DNA from: Phoronis australis | Taxonomy: Eukaryota; Animalia; Phoronida | Length of the DNA stretch: 48,164 nucleotides | Direction of reading: 5' to 3' | Assembly: GCA_002633005.1 (NCBI GenBank) | Contig: NMRA01000099.1 | Coordinates: 960,497-1,008,660, forward strand | Shown here: positions 35,411 to 47,321 of the stretch, piece by piece | How the letters are laid out: the number at the start of each line of letters is the position of its first letter | How positions within the stretch are numbered: position 1 is the first letter of the stretch | Notes under the pieces: generated by a model | What the model saw: the letters and a program-made list of their open reading frames with translations, nothing else | Told to the model about the DNA's origin: nothing | The model's database searches: none | Made by a program: the position numbers and the translations under genes

Positions 35411-36737
35411 AGGCGAAGGCAACCTTTTTTCATGTCACTTTTAGCAAAAATAAGGTTTGTTGATTATCCCAGACACAGTTTTCACTTAATTACAGCTTTC
35501 CGTAATTTGATTAATTTCTTGTCCTCTACTCCGGAACTGACGTTTTTGGAGGCAAGAGTTTCGCGCCAATTTCTTTTCATTATAGTCTCACTGTGAGAGC
35601 TGTCGAGTCAGTCATTGTTCTATCTCGGTTGTGATAAGTTCGGTCGTCGTTTGCTTTTGTTTACAAGTCAGTCAACGTGCCACGCTGTTGCTACGTGCTC
35701 ATTATCGTCTCACACGCGCTTTGGGTACCTTGCGTCGCTTTCCAAAGGATGACACACTTCGCCGTACTAGGCTAGCTCGTTCATATGAAGAACGCAGCGC
35801 TACCCGTCCAGGCAACGTACATAGCAGTGGAGGATTACCGAGTGTGTGGCAAGTATTTTCTGCCGTCAGATTATGACAGAGATATGTACGCTGAATTGAT
35901 GAACGTCCCTGCGAAACAACGCCTAATGAAGGGTACCATACCGTCGCTGTTGATTCCCGGCAGTGCCCCGTCGCCAACCCCGAGAAGTGCGTTTTTGAAG
36001 CGAGAAGCCTCACGATCGAGCTGTGGCCACTATATACAGTGACTGGAGGCACTTCCTCTACTGTCACCCGTGCCTCCGAACGTACCCTATTGCATGCACT
36101 TCCGGGAACTAGCAGTGATTCGCCCTGTGCTGTTAGTCTCTAGCCCAGAGCCTGTAAGCAGCCCTGCAGCGATGATGAGTAGTGGGAGTGAATACAGGCC
36201 CAGTTCTACACCCAGTGAAGAGGACAGTTCGTCATCCAATGAACAGATCGGTGAGCCTAAGTTTGATAAGTTTATTGCGGACTTGTATTGGAGCTATTTA
36301 GAAGGTGCCAGGTGTGTGGCGACGGAGTCACACGGCGAGATGTAAGCAGTTTGGGTGCTCAGATCACCCTCCAATGGGAGCGTGTCGTGGACACTCGGGC
36401 AAGTGGGACACTTCTTCCTCTGTACGTGAGACGATAATGAGTACATCTTAGTACGCAGCAACAGCGTGGCATGTTGACTGACTCGTAAGCAGAAGCAAAC
36501 GACGATCGAACTTATCACAACCGAGGTAGAACAATGACTGAATCGACTGCTCTCACAGTCGGACTATATGAAAAGAAATTGGCGCGAAATTCTTGCCTCC
36601 CAAAACGTCACTTCCGGAGTAGACGACGAGTAATTAATTGAATTACGAAAAGCAGTAGATAAGTGAAAAATATGTCTGGGATAATCAACGAACCTTATTT
36701 TTGCTAAAAATGACATGAAAAAAGGTTGCCTTCGCCT
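35411..36737 (+). mobile_element. Non-autonomous Kolobok-type DNA transposon, family A, longer copy with THAP relic
   Basis: TTAA TSD (35407-10, 36738-41). Perfect termini AGGCGAAGGCAACC/GGTTGCCTTCGCCT and ~290-bp TIRs. Frameshifted THAP: PRCC...RRFPKDDTLRR...YRVCGKYFLPSDYDRD...RLMKGTIPSL, followed by an acidic linker and FDKFI. Confidence 0.85.
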
Positions 36738-37949
36738 TTAAATATTTGGGTTTGGCGGGCGTAGCTTTGAGGTAGGCGTTACTACGAGGTTCAGTGAATC
36801 TGGTTTCTAGTATTTGTAAACATGTTGGTAATGAGAAAAGGTCACTAGTTCGGCTAAAGATACACTTTTCTTCAAGACGGCGTCCTATAACAGTTTACAT
36901 TTCTGCGTAGGGGCTGAGAAATCGACTACGATTTCAGGTACCTCTAAAGTAATCCAGAATTTCGAAAAAATTAGTTGAAGAGCAGCACCTTCGGGACACA
37001 TTCTTAGAATGTGTAGGAAGTTTTTTTTCAGAATCTAGGATTGGCTTATGTCTAGCCAGCCAGCCAGCTGTATATTTAGTGTACAGCTTTGCACTAAGAC
37101 TAGCTTATATCTAGCATAATTGGCAGGAAATGGTGGGTTTGGGCAACAGTCAGTTTTGCGTTTCTGGCACCATTTTTCGGAACCTCGCTTTCTATTTCGA
37201 TGGAAGTGAAAGGGTTAAAAATACGAAATAGGGTAAAGTTTCTGCCGTCATATGTAGCGGTTTTGGTGTGATGAACTACTCACAACTTTTCATTTTGTTC
37301 ATTAAACTTCTCAACAGAGATGAAGAAAGGCCCAAAGTCCAGTAACATATGCACTTCACTCAGACGGTTTTGCGAAGTCAAGCGAGATCTACAGAACGTT
37401 CTTTATGTGTCGTTGACCTCTTCTGTAATATCTTTTAGAAACAAATAAATCAGAGTATGTCCATTGTCGAGGGAAATTCAAGATCTCTCAATGCCCAGGG
37501 TTGTGATATTGAAGTATTTGACAGTACATTTACTCTTGAAACGCTTTTTAGTTATAATTTTCAATGGAGAAAAATCCAACATTGTACGTTTAGCAAAAAC
37601 ATAGAGAACGCACCATATCCAAAAATTGCGAATTTTAGAAAGCACTAAAAACTGAATAGCCACTTTGACGCTTATAATGCGGAAAGGACACATTATTTTT
37701 AATCAACGCTTCAACGCTCTTTCTACCGCAAACACTTGCAGAAGAGATCCGCCACATGAAGAAATGTACCACGGGAACTTAAAAATGCATACATTAAAGA
37801 TACCATTTCCTTTACTTTCGGTGATCTGGAACACAGAACAAGATCCACAGATAGAAAGATTTCATTAGATATAGTTCTTGTAGCCAGGTGTAGTGACTCT
37901 TTAGATGGAGATAGTATTTCTATCGATAGAGTCAAAAACGGGTTTCAAG

Positions 37950-38635
37950 TCTCAATCGTGAGATATACATGAACCGATTTACAGCCACTCACACTGTTAG
38001 TGGCGATATGGGGTGGGACTCCACAGGAAATAGATTTAAATTGAATATGCTGCGTCTTTGTAACAAACTAGTAACCACAGGTGATGATAGGTTACTGAAG
38101 AAGGCATTTCTATGGGACTACTATGTTGGTAGAAAGGGTTGGATAGACGGAATCAAAAATTTAACATAACTGGCATGCAATCCTGTTTTCAAAATTTGAC
38201 TATTTGTAACATAGTAGACGCTAGAAATAAACTATTTGAATACGCGAAACATGCTTGGGCTGAGTCTGTTGCAATAAAACCCAAGTTAAGAACCTACGCA
38301 CGAGTTTGTAATTGAGCCGTATGTAAAGATTAATTTATCTTGTTCCGTGCGATCTCTTCTGGCTCAGCTTAGAGCAGGAAATCTCCCATTGCACTTGGAA
38401 ATTGGTCGTTATATAAACACTCCTGTAAGTGAAAGACTTTACTTGTGTTGTGATTCTGATCCTGTTGAGGATGAGCTACATTTTGTGTTTGATTGTTCTC
38501 TTTATAACTCACGGAGGTCTATTCTGTTCAATGATGTTTCACTTCAAATCCCGAACTTTGCAGATTTCAGAAGAATAGATACCTTAAAACTGCTATTTCA
38601 GTATTCCCCTAGGCAATTTGCCATATATGTCAATT
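37950..38635 (+). mobile_element. 3' end of a degraded non-LTR retrotransposon ORF2 (RTEX/Proto2-like CCHC region)
   Basis: VSGDMGW...RLLKKAFLW, KPKLRTY, RSLLAQLRAGNLPLHLEIGRY...ERL..CC...VEDELHFVFDCSLYNSRR. Confidence 0.8.
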
Positions 38636-39010
38636 CTGCTTTTGCCACTGATTCCATGGCAGTGTTGATGAAAGTTCAATTTGGAAACCTCCCTGCCAAC
38701 TGAGGTGTCTTCCGATCACGCCACCCTCATCATGTAGTGATCTGGTCTTTCGTACCTGGCCGAGCCGGTGTCTTGATTAATGAGCGTGCAGATTACCTCG
38801 CTGGCTCATGCACCACCAACCAACCCCTCTACTTATATTCGGCTGACATTAAGCTGCTGGCCCGCAAACGCATCCTCGAGCAGACTGCATCCCAACTGGC
38901 TGAGTTCAATGATGGCAGCCGACTGCTCGAAGCCGGTATTATTTATGGCCATGCTGCGAAGAGTCACAAGAAGAGCCGTGCCCGAGTGCTGTCAAATCAA
39001 ATGCTTACAA
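38636..39010 (+). mobile_element. RNase H-containing LINE fragment (I-group-like), 5'-truncated, running into a gap
   Basis: FATDSMAVL...IWSFVPGRAGVLINERADYLA matches RNase H TDS...WVPGH.G..GNE.AD.LA; one in-frame stop. Confidence 0.75.
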
Positions 39011-39824
39011 NNNNNNNNNNNNNNNNNNNNNNNNNNNNNNNNNNNNNNNNNNNNNNNNNNNNNNNNNNNNNNNNNNNNNNNNNNNNNNNNNNNNNNNNNN
39101 NNNNNNNNNNNNNNNNNNNNNNNNNNNNNNNNNNNNNNNNNNNNNNNNNNNNNNNNNNNNNNNNNNNNNNNNNNNNNNNNNNNNNNNNNNNNNNNNNNNN
39201 NNNNNNNNNNNNNNNNNNNNNNNNNNNNNNNNNNNNNNNNNNNNNNNNNNNNNNNNNNNNNNNNNNNNNNNNNNNNNNNNNNNNNNNNNNNNNNNNNNNN
39301 NNNNNNNNNNNNNNNNNNNNNNNNNNNNNNNNNNNNNNNNNNNNNNNNNNNNNNNNNNNNNNNNNNNNNNNNNNNNNNNNNNNNNNNNNNNNNNNNNNNN
39401 NNNNNNNNNNNNNNNNNNNNNNNNNNNNNNNNNNNNNNNNNNNNNNNNNNNNNNNNNNNNNNNNNNNNNNNNNNNNNNNNNNNNNNNNNNNNNNNNNNNN
39501 NNNNNNNNNNNNNNNNNNNNNNNNNNNNNNNNNNNNNNNNNNNNNNNNNNNNNNNNNNNNNNNNNNNNNNNNNNNNNNNNNNNNNNNNNNNNNNNNNNNN
39601 NNNNNNNNNNNNNNNNNNNNNNNNNNNNNNNNNNNNNNNNNNNNNNNNNNNNNNNNNNNNNNNNNNNNNNNNNNNNNNNNNNNNNNNNNNNNNNNNNNNN
39701 NNNNNNNNNNNNNNNNNNNNNNNNNNNNNNNNNNNNNNNNNNNNNNNNNNNNNNNNNNNNNNNNNNNNNNNNNNNNNNNNNNNNNNNNNNNNNNNNNNNN
39801 NNNNNNNNNNNNNNNNNNNNNNNN
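39011..39824. other. Assembly gap (N run)
   Basis: 814 N. Confidence 1.
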
Positions 39825-40743
39825 TGGAGACGCTAATACAGTTTCAGAAGGACAAGCATTCGAGACAGGTCTCTAGTGATATGCATGGAAGTCTGCGGAT
39901 GGGTGTGGCGGGACCCAGTCCTGGCCACCAATAAATTATCCTGTAAATGCAAAAAATATACAAATTAATGCTGCATTTCGCCTTGTTGAGCTGACTAAAA
40001 AAGGAAAATAGAATTATGTCTTTTACTCTGAAAAATTTAGTCGCAATTCCTTTAGGCAATAGGACTCTATTTCCGTTACTAGAACATCGAAACCATCAAC
40101 TACCCGAGATATGGCTTCTTGGTGGTTGTCAATTGTAAAATTGCGAATTCGAAAATGGCGGTAACTAACCGACCCTTAAGGGGATGCGGGTTTTTCTGAA
40201 AAAAATTGCTTAGTTTTCTATTAGCTGTTTATTAATTTCACTCTTAATCAACAACAAAAAGTAAACTAATATTTTTAACAAATTTCGTGTGAACACATTT
40301 ATCTTCAGAAACAATGAATAACTGCACGGAAAGCACTTCGAAAGAACTTATTCAATAGAAGATTCGGCTTTTTACCTTTCGCTTGTCACTCTACCATTTG
40401 CATTTTTAATCTTCAAGTGAACTCATGGACTAAAGCATTAACTGGGTTCATTGGCGGACATTCGGATCACTACATGACGTCAACAGGTAAAAAACTGAGC
40501 TCACAAGATAACAGACGACTTGATTCGATGTTGTCAGAGAAAGGTAAAAAGAGGCGAAATATAACTGGTAGGACCGTTTTTAGTTTTCTAAACGTGTCAA
40601 TGGAATTTGATTTTGTTAGTACTAACACAGTGAAGACAAATTTCCCTCCCGTTCTTTTGGTTTATATCCTTTTCATCAAGTGGTGAAATGCCTTCCAGTG
40701 GAACTTCAGCTCTGTATGAAGACTATCGCCAAAATACAGCTAG

Positions 40744-41010
40744 CAGTGGCGGATTTAGAGGGGGGGCCAAGGGGCCATGACCCCCCTAAAATTCTCCCAG
40801 ATTCCACTTGGCACTAGCATATGCGGAGCTCAGGGGGCGAATGCACAATGCATAGGCCTTGAATAAACCCTTTTTTTAGGGATAACGTCCACATACCCAA
40901 AAATTCGAGACCCCCTACATCCCCACATTTTAAGCTGGGCGCGCGCTTAAGGCGAAATTCTGCTTATTCCTGTGCCTTCCCCCCAACTCAAAATCCTAGG
41001 TCAGCCCCTG
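40744..41010 (+). mobile_element. MITE of the CAG(T/G)GGC-terminus family, 5-bp TSD
   Basis: GCTAG|CAGTGGCGGATTTAG ... CTAGGTCAGCCCCTG|GCTAG. Same family as 1-99. Confidence 0.7.
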
Positions 41011-42922
41011 GCTAGGTACCACTATGTGTAGTCAGCCAGCTAGCTGTATGAAGAGTATCGTCAAAATATTTAGTATACAGCTTTGCGCCAAGGCTACACT
41101 GTGTGTTGAGCTCCGACATACCTCGAAATTTCACGCAGCTCGGGTAGTTATGCTTCTCCCCTCGCCGTGAAACTTAGTAAAGCTAAAGAACGGCGGGGAG
41201 TCAACCGACACTCACCTTGCCCATTACACCCGTTTAAGTAAAAACAATCTAATACACGTCACTTTCTTGCATAATTCTCCATCATTTGTAGCAAATAAAA
41301 GTATGTCGTCGTTTTGAAAACAGTAAGCTCGTGACTCGCGCACGCGCCATTTCCTAAAATTTTTGCGACATCTCTCGGGAGATGATGACAGCTTTCCACC
41401 AACAAAATTTGATCTGAAATTCGGTTTGCTGGTAATAGGATACTAAAAATTAAAATTATAATCAAGTGATACCAACTGCGATAATTTGTTGTGACATGTA
41501 CGCAACCTCGTGAATGGACAACAGTTGATTGAAGAATCGGCGAAAAAATAAACTAGCCAATAGATGGCCAATGGCGCCGAAAGCCGAGGTAAAAGATCGT
41601 ACCACAATTTTAGTAGCAGAATAACGGTAGAACGCCAATAAATAATTTAGTTTACTTAATGAAGAGTGTACTTTTAATAACACTAATTTTGTGTCAGTTT
41701 TTATCTGGTCAGTTTTTTACCCCAATCGGCGAAAAGCTGAATATTTACTATATTGCTTTGCACCAAAGCTAATCACGATGGATTTCACAAGAGTAAAGGG
41801 GCTAATTCAGTTTTCCTTTATAGCCAGCTAATCAGGGCGAAATGCTTTAATTAAGCCTTCGAATCGTATAAACGGGATATTAATTATGCTTTTGTATTAG
41901 TTACTTCACGCTCATTGTCAATTCGGTGACACCAGCATCACTCATCCTCAGAGTATTTTTGAAACGTTCGTTGTAGGTTATTCATTTCAGATTCTAACCC
42001 ATTCTCTACTGCGCAGACGAGGCGTTTCTTTATTTGGGTGACAATGACGACTTACAGCAAGAGCAAGCCAATTCGTGGGCGCCGACTGTCTGCCACAAGT
42101 TTTTTGTTTTGTTTATCCTCGGTTACTGTCAGTAGCAAGTGAATTTATAAATCAATAACTAAACCAAACGACAAATTAATAAATAAATGAAAACACATGA
42201 GTAAATAGATATATAATTAATTAAAGTGATACATAATACGCAGTGGAACATTTTAATAAGATAATTAAATATTGTAATAGTTGGAGAAAACTAGATGTGG
42301 TGTGTGTAGCAGTCCCATGACGGACATTTCTGATATTTAGTTTGAGGATAGATCAAGTCCAGCTCTGTCTGTGTTCATGTCCTGTGACTGTGCTTTAAAT
42401 GTTTTAGTGTTGAACATTTGTTGGTCTATATTTCTGAACTTTGGTATCTCGATGTTTCTCGTCCATTGACTTGCTGAAAATTCTGACAACTCTTGATACA
42501 GTGTAATATTGGCCGCCTTAGTAGATGTGTGGAACTATCTTTTTTCGTTCGTGTCGCCCGCATGTCAGATGTCGTCATTGGCGACCTGACAAATCAGGTG
42601 CTGTAGAAACCATAAACCCTGATCACAAATCGCGTAGACAATGGCAGTACATCAAAGCAGCCAAGTACAAGATAATTTAACAATTGGAGGAAAGGAGCAT
42701 CAATGGTCGTGCCATAAAACAAGTGTAAGCTTTTTACTGGGGCGTGCCAGTTCATATGGACATCGGGAGAGCAACATTGCCCTCCGCGGTCCATATTTCC
42801 TGCCTGATATCACCTGGCCCTTGAAATCGGTCAAAATTTGTATAATAACTTGTGATATGCAGCATTTCACTATATTAAGTTGTGGGTTTGATTTGCTAAA
42901 TAAAAAACAAATTTTGGCTCAC

Positions 42923-43038
42923 CTATTCTGGGTGCAATCCGGAGTCTCATCTGCATCGGTCGTCTTTCCTTTTCCAGCGACTAGGACTACTAAGAGTAGG
43001 AGAAATGCCGAAGAAGTGAGAAATTTGTCTGATATCAT
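42923..43038 (-). CDS. Candidate first coding exon of a secreted protein
   Basis: MISDKFLTSSAFLLLLVVLVAG-KGKTTDADETPDCTQN followed by strong donor AG|GTGAG; TATATA ~80 bp upstream. No downstream exon established. Confidence 0.45.
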
Positions 43039-43646
43039 GACTGCAGAGTAATGCGTGTTAAGTAAAACACAATTGTATTGCCAAACGGCAAGTGGTAGTG
43101 CGCTTAGTTCCAATACCTATATATATTTGTTCTGCCCTCGTATCAAATAGTGGATAGTTCCGGCATGTCAATCAAGCTATTAATTCTAGCCAGTCAGGGC
43201 GCGGGGAATGTAAAGACTACGATCTTCCCTCATCGTGTTCCACCAGTCCTCGGTGCCAAATCAAGCATCAAGATGGTTTTTGATGAGTTTGTTACACTGA
43301 CAGTGCAGATAAAAATGTCGAATGTTTTGCAATTTGCGGTCAAGGCCAAGGTAGGTTAAAACGTGAGACCGACCGTAAAATATGCACGCGACTCAAAGCA
43401 TTGTGTTTGAAATGACAAAAGATATTTTAATTAAAATAACAAAGCAGTATTTATGTCTCAGCAATAAAAAGTAGAACTATTTTACAGATCAACCTACCCA
43501 TCCCAGGAGTGAGGTAGAGCGTAAAAAACGAACAGTATGGTCTGGGTATTTTGGCATTTCTCAGAATGCTTCACTATCATCGTACATGTACATTCTTACA
43601 AGCATCACAGCTAGCACACCAGCTCGCATAGCGATAAGCCAAACCT

Positions 43647-45047
43647 GGGCCGGTCTCCAATCTCCGTACTCAGACTCATACTCATACTCTAGATTTCATA
43701 CTCAAAATCATGCTCAATGGATTCGTACTCAAAAACATGTTCAATGTCACATTTCGAGTAGACTTCAAACGTACTCCAATTTTAGAATCGTACTCGAGTT
43801 GCTATGGAACTCTTTATGATGTGAAATGCAAAACCACGCACAGTTGCAAGTTACCCTAGCAATTACATTGATTTTTATCATCTGCTGTGGCTACAATAGT
43901 ATAACGTGGAAAGATGAGTGTTCTATAACTGTTATTCATTTTTTCAGTTACAATACAAAATTCTCATACCAAAAAATATAGAATTCTTGATACATTTGCC
44001 AATTATTAAGCTTTACATTTGCGTTCCTTGTCTCCCGAAAATGTCTTAAGAAATTTGTAACAGCTCATCACATGAAAGTCACGGCAACGGAGCAGCTACA
44101 ATCTCAGTGTCTGATTTTGACAGGAGGCAAAAAGGGTTCATAATCGCCTGAGCTTGACACGTTTACTCTCAAAATGGCATTGTCACACCAAGTATTGACG
44201 GCACAATGCAATTTTCTTTCTCAGTGATGGAGTGGTGGGACGCTGACCCCGGCCTCGGGGGTCAGACATCCTATCACAGGCGCACAACCAACATTTTTAA
44301 GGGAGAGTTCGAAATGCACATTTCAAAGGTTTGGATCTTTAATTGCCAGCGGTGGCGTTCTTCCCTAATTAGCCAGTTGCCCACATCAGCCAATACGCCA
44401 GTCAAAATTTTTGAGCCCCACTTGTTTGGTTTCTGGTCAACTCCTGTACTTGCTCTTGCGCTTGCTCTATCGCAAGCTCCACCCCCTTGCGAAAAGTCAC
44501 GTGACAACTGACAAACAAACAAACAAACAAGATGTAGCTTACGGGTATATGAATAACAAAAAATGTACCTCTGCTACGAAACAAAACGATGTCTATAGGT
44601 CGAAATAACTGAAAAATAGTTAAAATATAAAAACAATTTCCAGGGTCTATCGCTAGGCTACAGTGCTGAGATCCAGCAGGTGCCGAGACAAAGGCGACCA
44701 GACGAGTGAAACTCCGAGCCAAAATCAGATAAGCCTACACCATAGCCACCAAACTGAACTAGTGTGTATCTTGGAACAAATATATTTGTGTTCAACCTTA
44801 ATCAAGCAACAATGCCAACTCCAGCTGCTCGTGTACGTGGCCGTTGGCACAGTTTGATAATAGTTGAAACTTTTGGAGATCACTTTTCGGCTTAGGAGAA
44901 GCCCAAAAAATGATGGAAATTCTTCTGGTGCTGCATGACGGCTGTCACAAGAACACACGCCATACCAACACCGATCACCAAAGATGAGACTGTACTCGAG
45001 TTGAGTATGAAGTCTGAGTCGAGTCTGAGTACGAATATTGTTGCCCG
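43647..45047. mobile_element. Putative degraded TIR element
   Basis: CAATCTCCGTACTCAGACTC (43658-77) is inverted relative to GAGTCTGAGTACGAATATTG (45021-40), with TACTC/GAGTA subterminal repeats at both ends. TSD unclear. Confidence 0.5.
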
Positions 45048-45184
45048 GGGGCGGGTTTGGGGATTCGAACAGACTGAGTTCTGGTGAAATTAAATAAGGT
45101 GATCATCTTTGGAGTCAATGCGTCGAAGCACATTAAAAGATCTAGAAAGATTCTTTTTCCTCTAATTTATTTCCAGAGCAAGCC

Positions 45185-45297
45185 ACAGAAAAATCAGGAA
45201 CCCAACTGGGAATCTAACCACAGGTCTCTAGATTGCCGGTCTAGTGCCCTCACCCCTGTGCTACTGAGGACCCGCCGATATCTGTGCAATTGCTGTT
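45185..45297 (-). repeat. tRNA-derived (SINE2-like) head, copy 1
   Basis: Reverse complement of 47150-47261 at roughly 85% identity by eye; contains the CTAGA-CCGGCAA-TCTAG arm. Confidence 0.7.
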
Positions 45298-45454
45298 CTG
45301 TGTTTATTTGATATATTTCATTACTGGCCAACCTCAGCGTCTATATATTTACTATATCTAATTAACACATACTGGTAAATTGCAGATTGTATATATAATT
45401 GTCTAATTCCCGTGTGAAAAAGGCGAAACGCCGCTCGTGGGATAGATGACTTAA

Positions 45455-47133
45455 AGGAGAATGCCACCCGATTTAATTAGTCTTTTTTGCCGTCTTAATA
45501 AGTCTATATCCACATCGCCTCGCGTACGGTCGACCTTACCTTGCCAAGAGGTCTCGCGTTCACCTGTGAGGAAGGTGAGAAACGACGCTAGCGACGTCAG
45601 TGGTTCATATGCAGAGTGAATGCCGCTATGTTGCGGTGCATCGTTCCTGCTTGTCCGAACTAAGCAACTGCGAGGAAAGCGGGTATATCGTTTTTTTACT
45701 TCCTCGATAGTCCGAAATGCTTAGGAAGTGGATCATGGTAGTGAAGAATGAAATGTACGATGTAAATAGCAAGTATGAGGCCGTGAAACATCTCCGTGTC
45801 TGTGGCCTGCAGACGTCGACAGTGCCTGACGAATGCTGGTTTACCAAATAACTCCATACGTTCCGTTGTCTGAGCTTGTTCACGGAGCCTCACTAGTATT
45901 TCTTCATCACTGTATTCCTGTTCGAATTGATAGCCTTTAAAACTTAACGATCCACGTGCGAAGTCGGAACTGATGAGCTCTAGCTCGTCCTAAGTCGGGA
46001 TTGCGAGTTGCCATGTTGGCGTTTATTACTGGAGCGTTCTGTTTCAAAATGAATTATTCTCACCCTAACCAATACTTATATAAAACTGAAACAAAGCCCG
46101 TCTATTAAATGCAATTTGTAATGCCTTTGGAGTGTTCGTGAGTGCAAATGATTTGAGAAGCCAGCAATGAATAAATCACTGCGTTACCGGCTTCAGGTGC
46201 AATAAAACTAATTGACGGGACACATAGGCCGTGTGAGCTCATGCTAATTTAGTGTTTGCTGGCAGAAACTGTTGTGAAACAACTCGAATTCCATCCCACG
46301 GTCAGGTGTTAGGGGAATCTTTATTTACATTTACATACTCATGTAATGATTTTCAATGTATAACTTCTGCCCTGACGGTGCTGTGGCCGAAGCGCGGGAA
46401 CCTGAAGTCGCGGCTCCCGACGCGAGTAAGTAGATTTGCAGTTTCGTGGCTAATTCACCAACATAATCAGGTGCACATTACTTTGGCTCACTTGTATAGT
46501 ATTTTCTTGACTGGAAGTTTAGTTTCCACTTAACTTTGGTTGGTTTATGTTCGTGATGTCTGGTCAGTTTCCGAGCCACTGGCGGGGAGTCAATCCGGCC
46601 GGCCGCGACCGGCCTGATCGGGCTCCAAGCCACTGGCCAGGCTAACAAGCGTTTTGTGTGTAGAACTCAAAAAATTACAAGTCTAAACAACACAGATCTA
46701 GGTTCTCCTGTCTGTATCTCACGGAAAATACTTCGAAATTACCTCCGAACAGACCCCATTCCAAACTCCTGCTACGGACCTTATTGGTCTGCCGAACTTT
46801 GTAGGCTACGGTGTGTCCAAATACCAATAAATCCGTAAGAGCGACATAAAACAACACGTTTTTATAATAGCTCGATGTATTTTTAAGGGTTTTACATTGA
46901 AGTTTGGTGATTTATTGGTGTTAAACGATGACTTCAAGCGATAAGCTGACACCAGTAACCCATGTTGTGAACTGCTGAACACCCTGCGTGAGAAACCGAT
47001 GACGTCACTGAATAATTTCAACACCTCCGTCTGCCGTCAGGTGTCAGGTAACGCAACCGTACGTGTCGTTATGGAGTAGAACTACTCGATCTAAATTGAT
47101 ACAAATTAGGTTGTTTTTGGGTGGCATGCTCCT
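45455..47133 (+). mobile_element. Non-autonomous Kolobok-type DNA transposon, family B
   Basis: TTAA TSD (45451-54, 47134-37); 15-bp TIR AGGAG(A/C)ATGCCACCC with 14/15 match. THAP relic on + (MLRCIVPACPN..GISFF..MLRKW..KHLRVCG) converges on a - strand GYQFEQEYSDEEI relic. Confidence 0.85.
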
Positions 47134-47149
47134 TTAACAGGTGGCTGTA

Positions 47150-47261
47150 AACAGTAATTACACAGATATTGGGTTTTCAGTAGCTCTGTGGTGAGAGTAC
47201 TAGACCGGCAATCTAGAGACTTGTGGTTCGATTCCCAGTTGGGGTTCCTAATTTTTCTGTG
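47150..47261 (+). repeat. tRNA-derived (SINE2-like) head, copy 2
   Basis: A box TAGCTCTGTGG (47181-91), anticodon arm CTAGA-CCGGCAA-TCTAG, B box GGTTCGATTCC (47225-35). Acceptor and T stems are imperfect. Confidence 0.75.
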
Positions 47262-47321
47262 TTTATTTGATATATTTCATTACTGGCCAACCTCAGCGTC
47301 TATATATTTACTATGCCTATT

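Noticed and set aside
38737-39934. 379- and 384-aa ORFs
   Set aside because: Mostly N gap; only the RNase H fragment before the gap is real.
47171-47248. Functional tRNA-Ala gene
   Set aside because: Poor acceptor and T-stem pairing, C at position 33, and embedded in a dispersed repeat.
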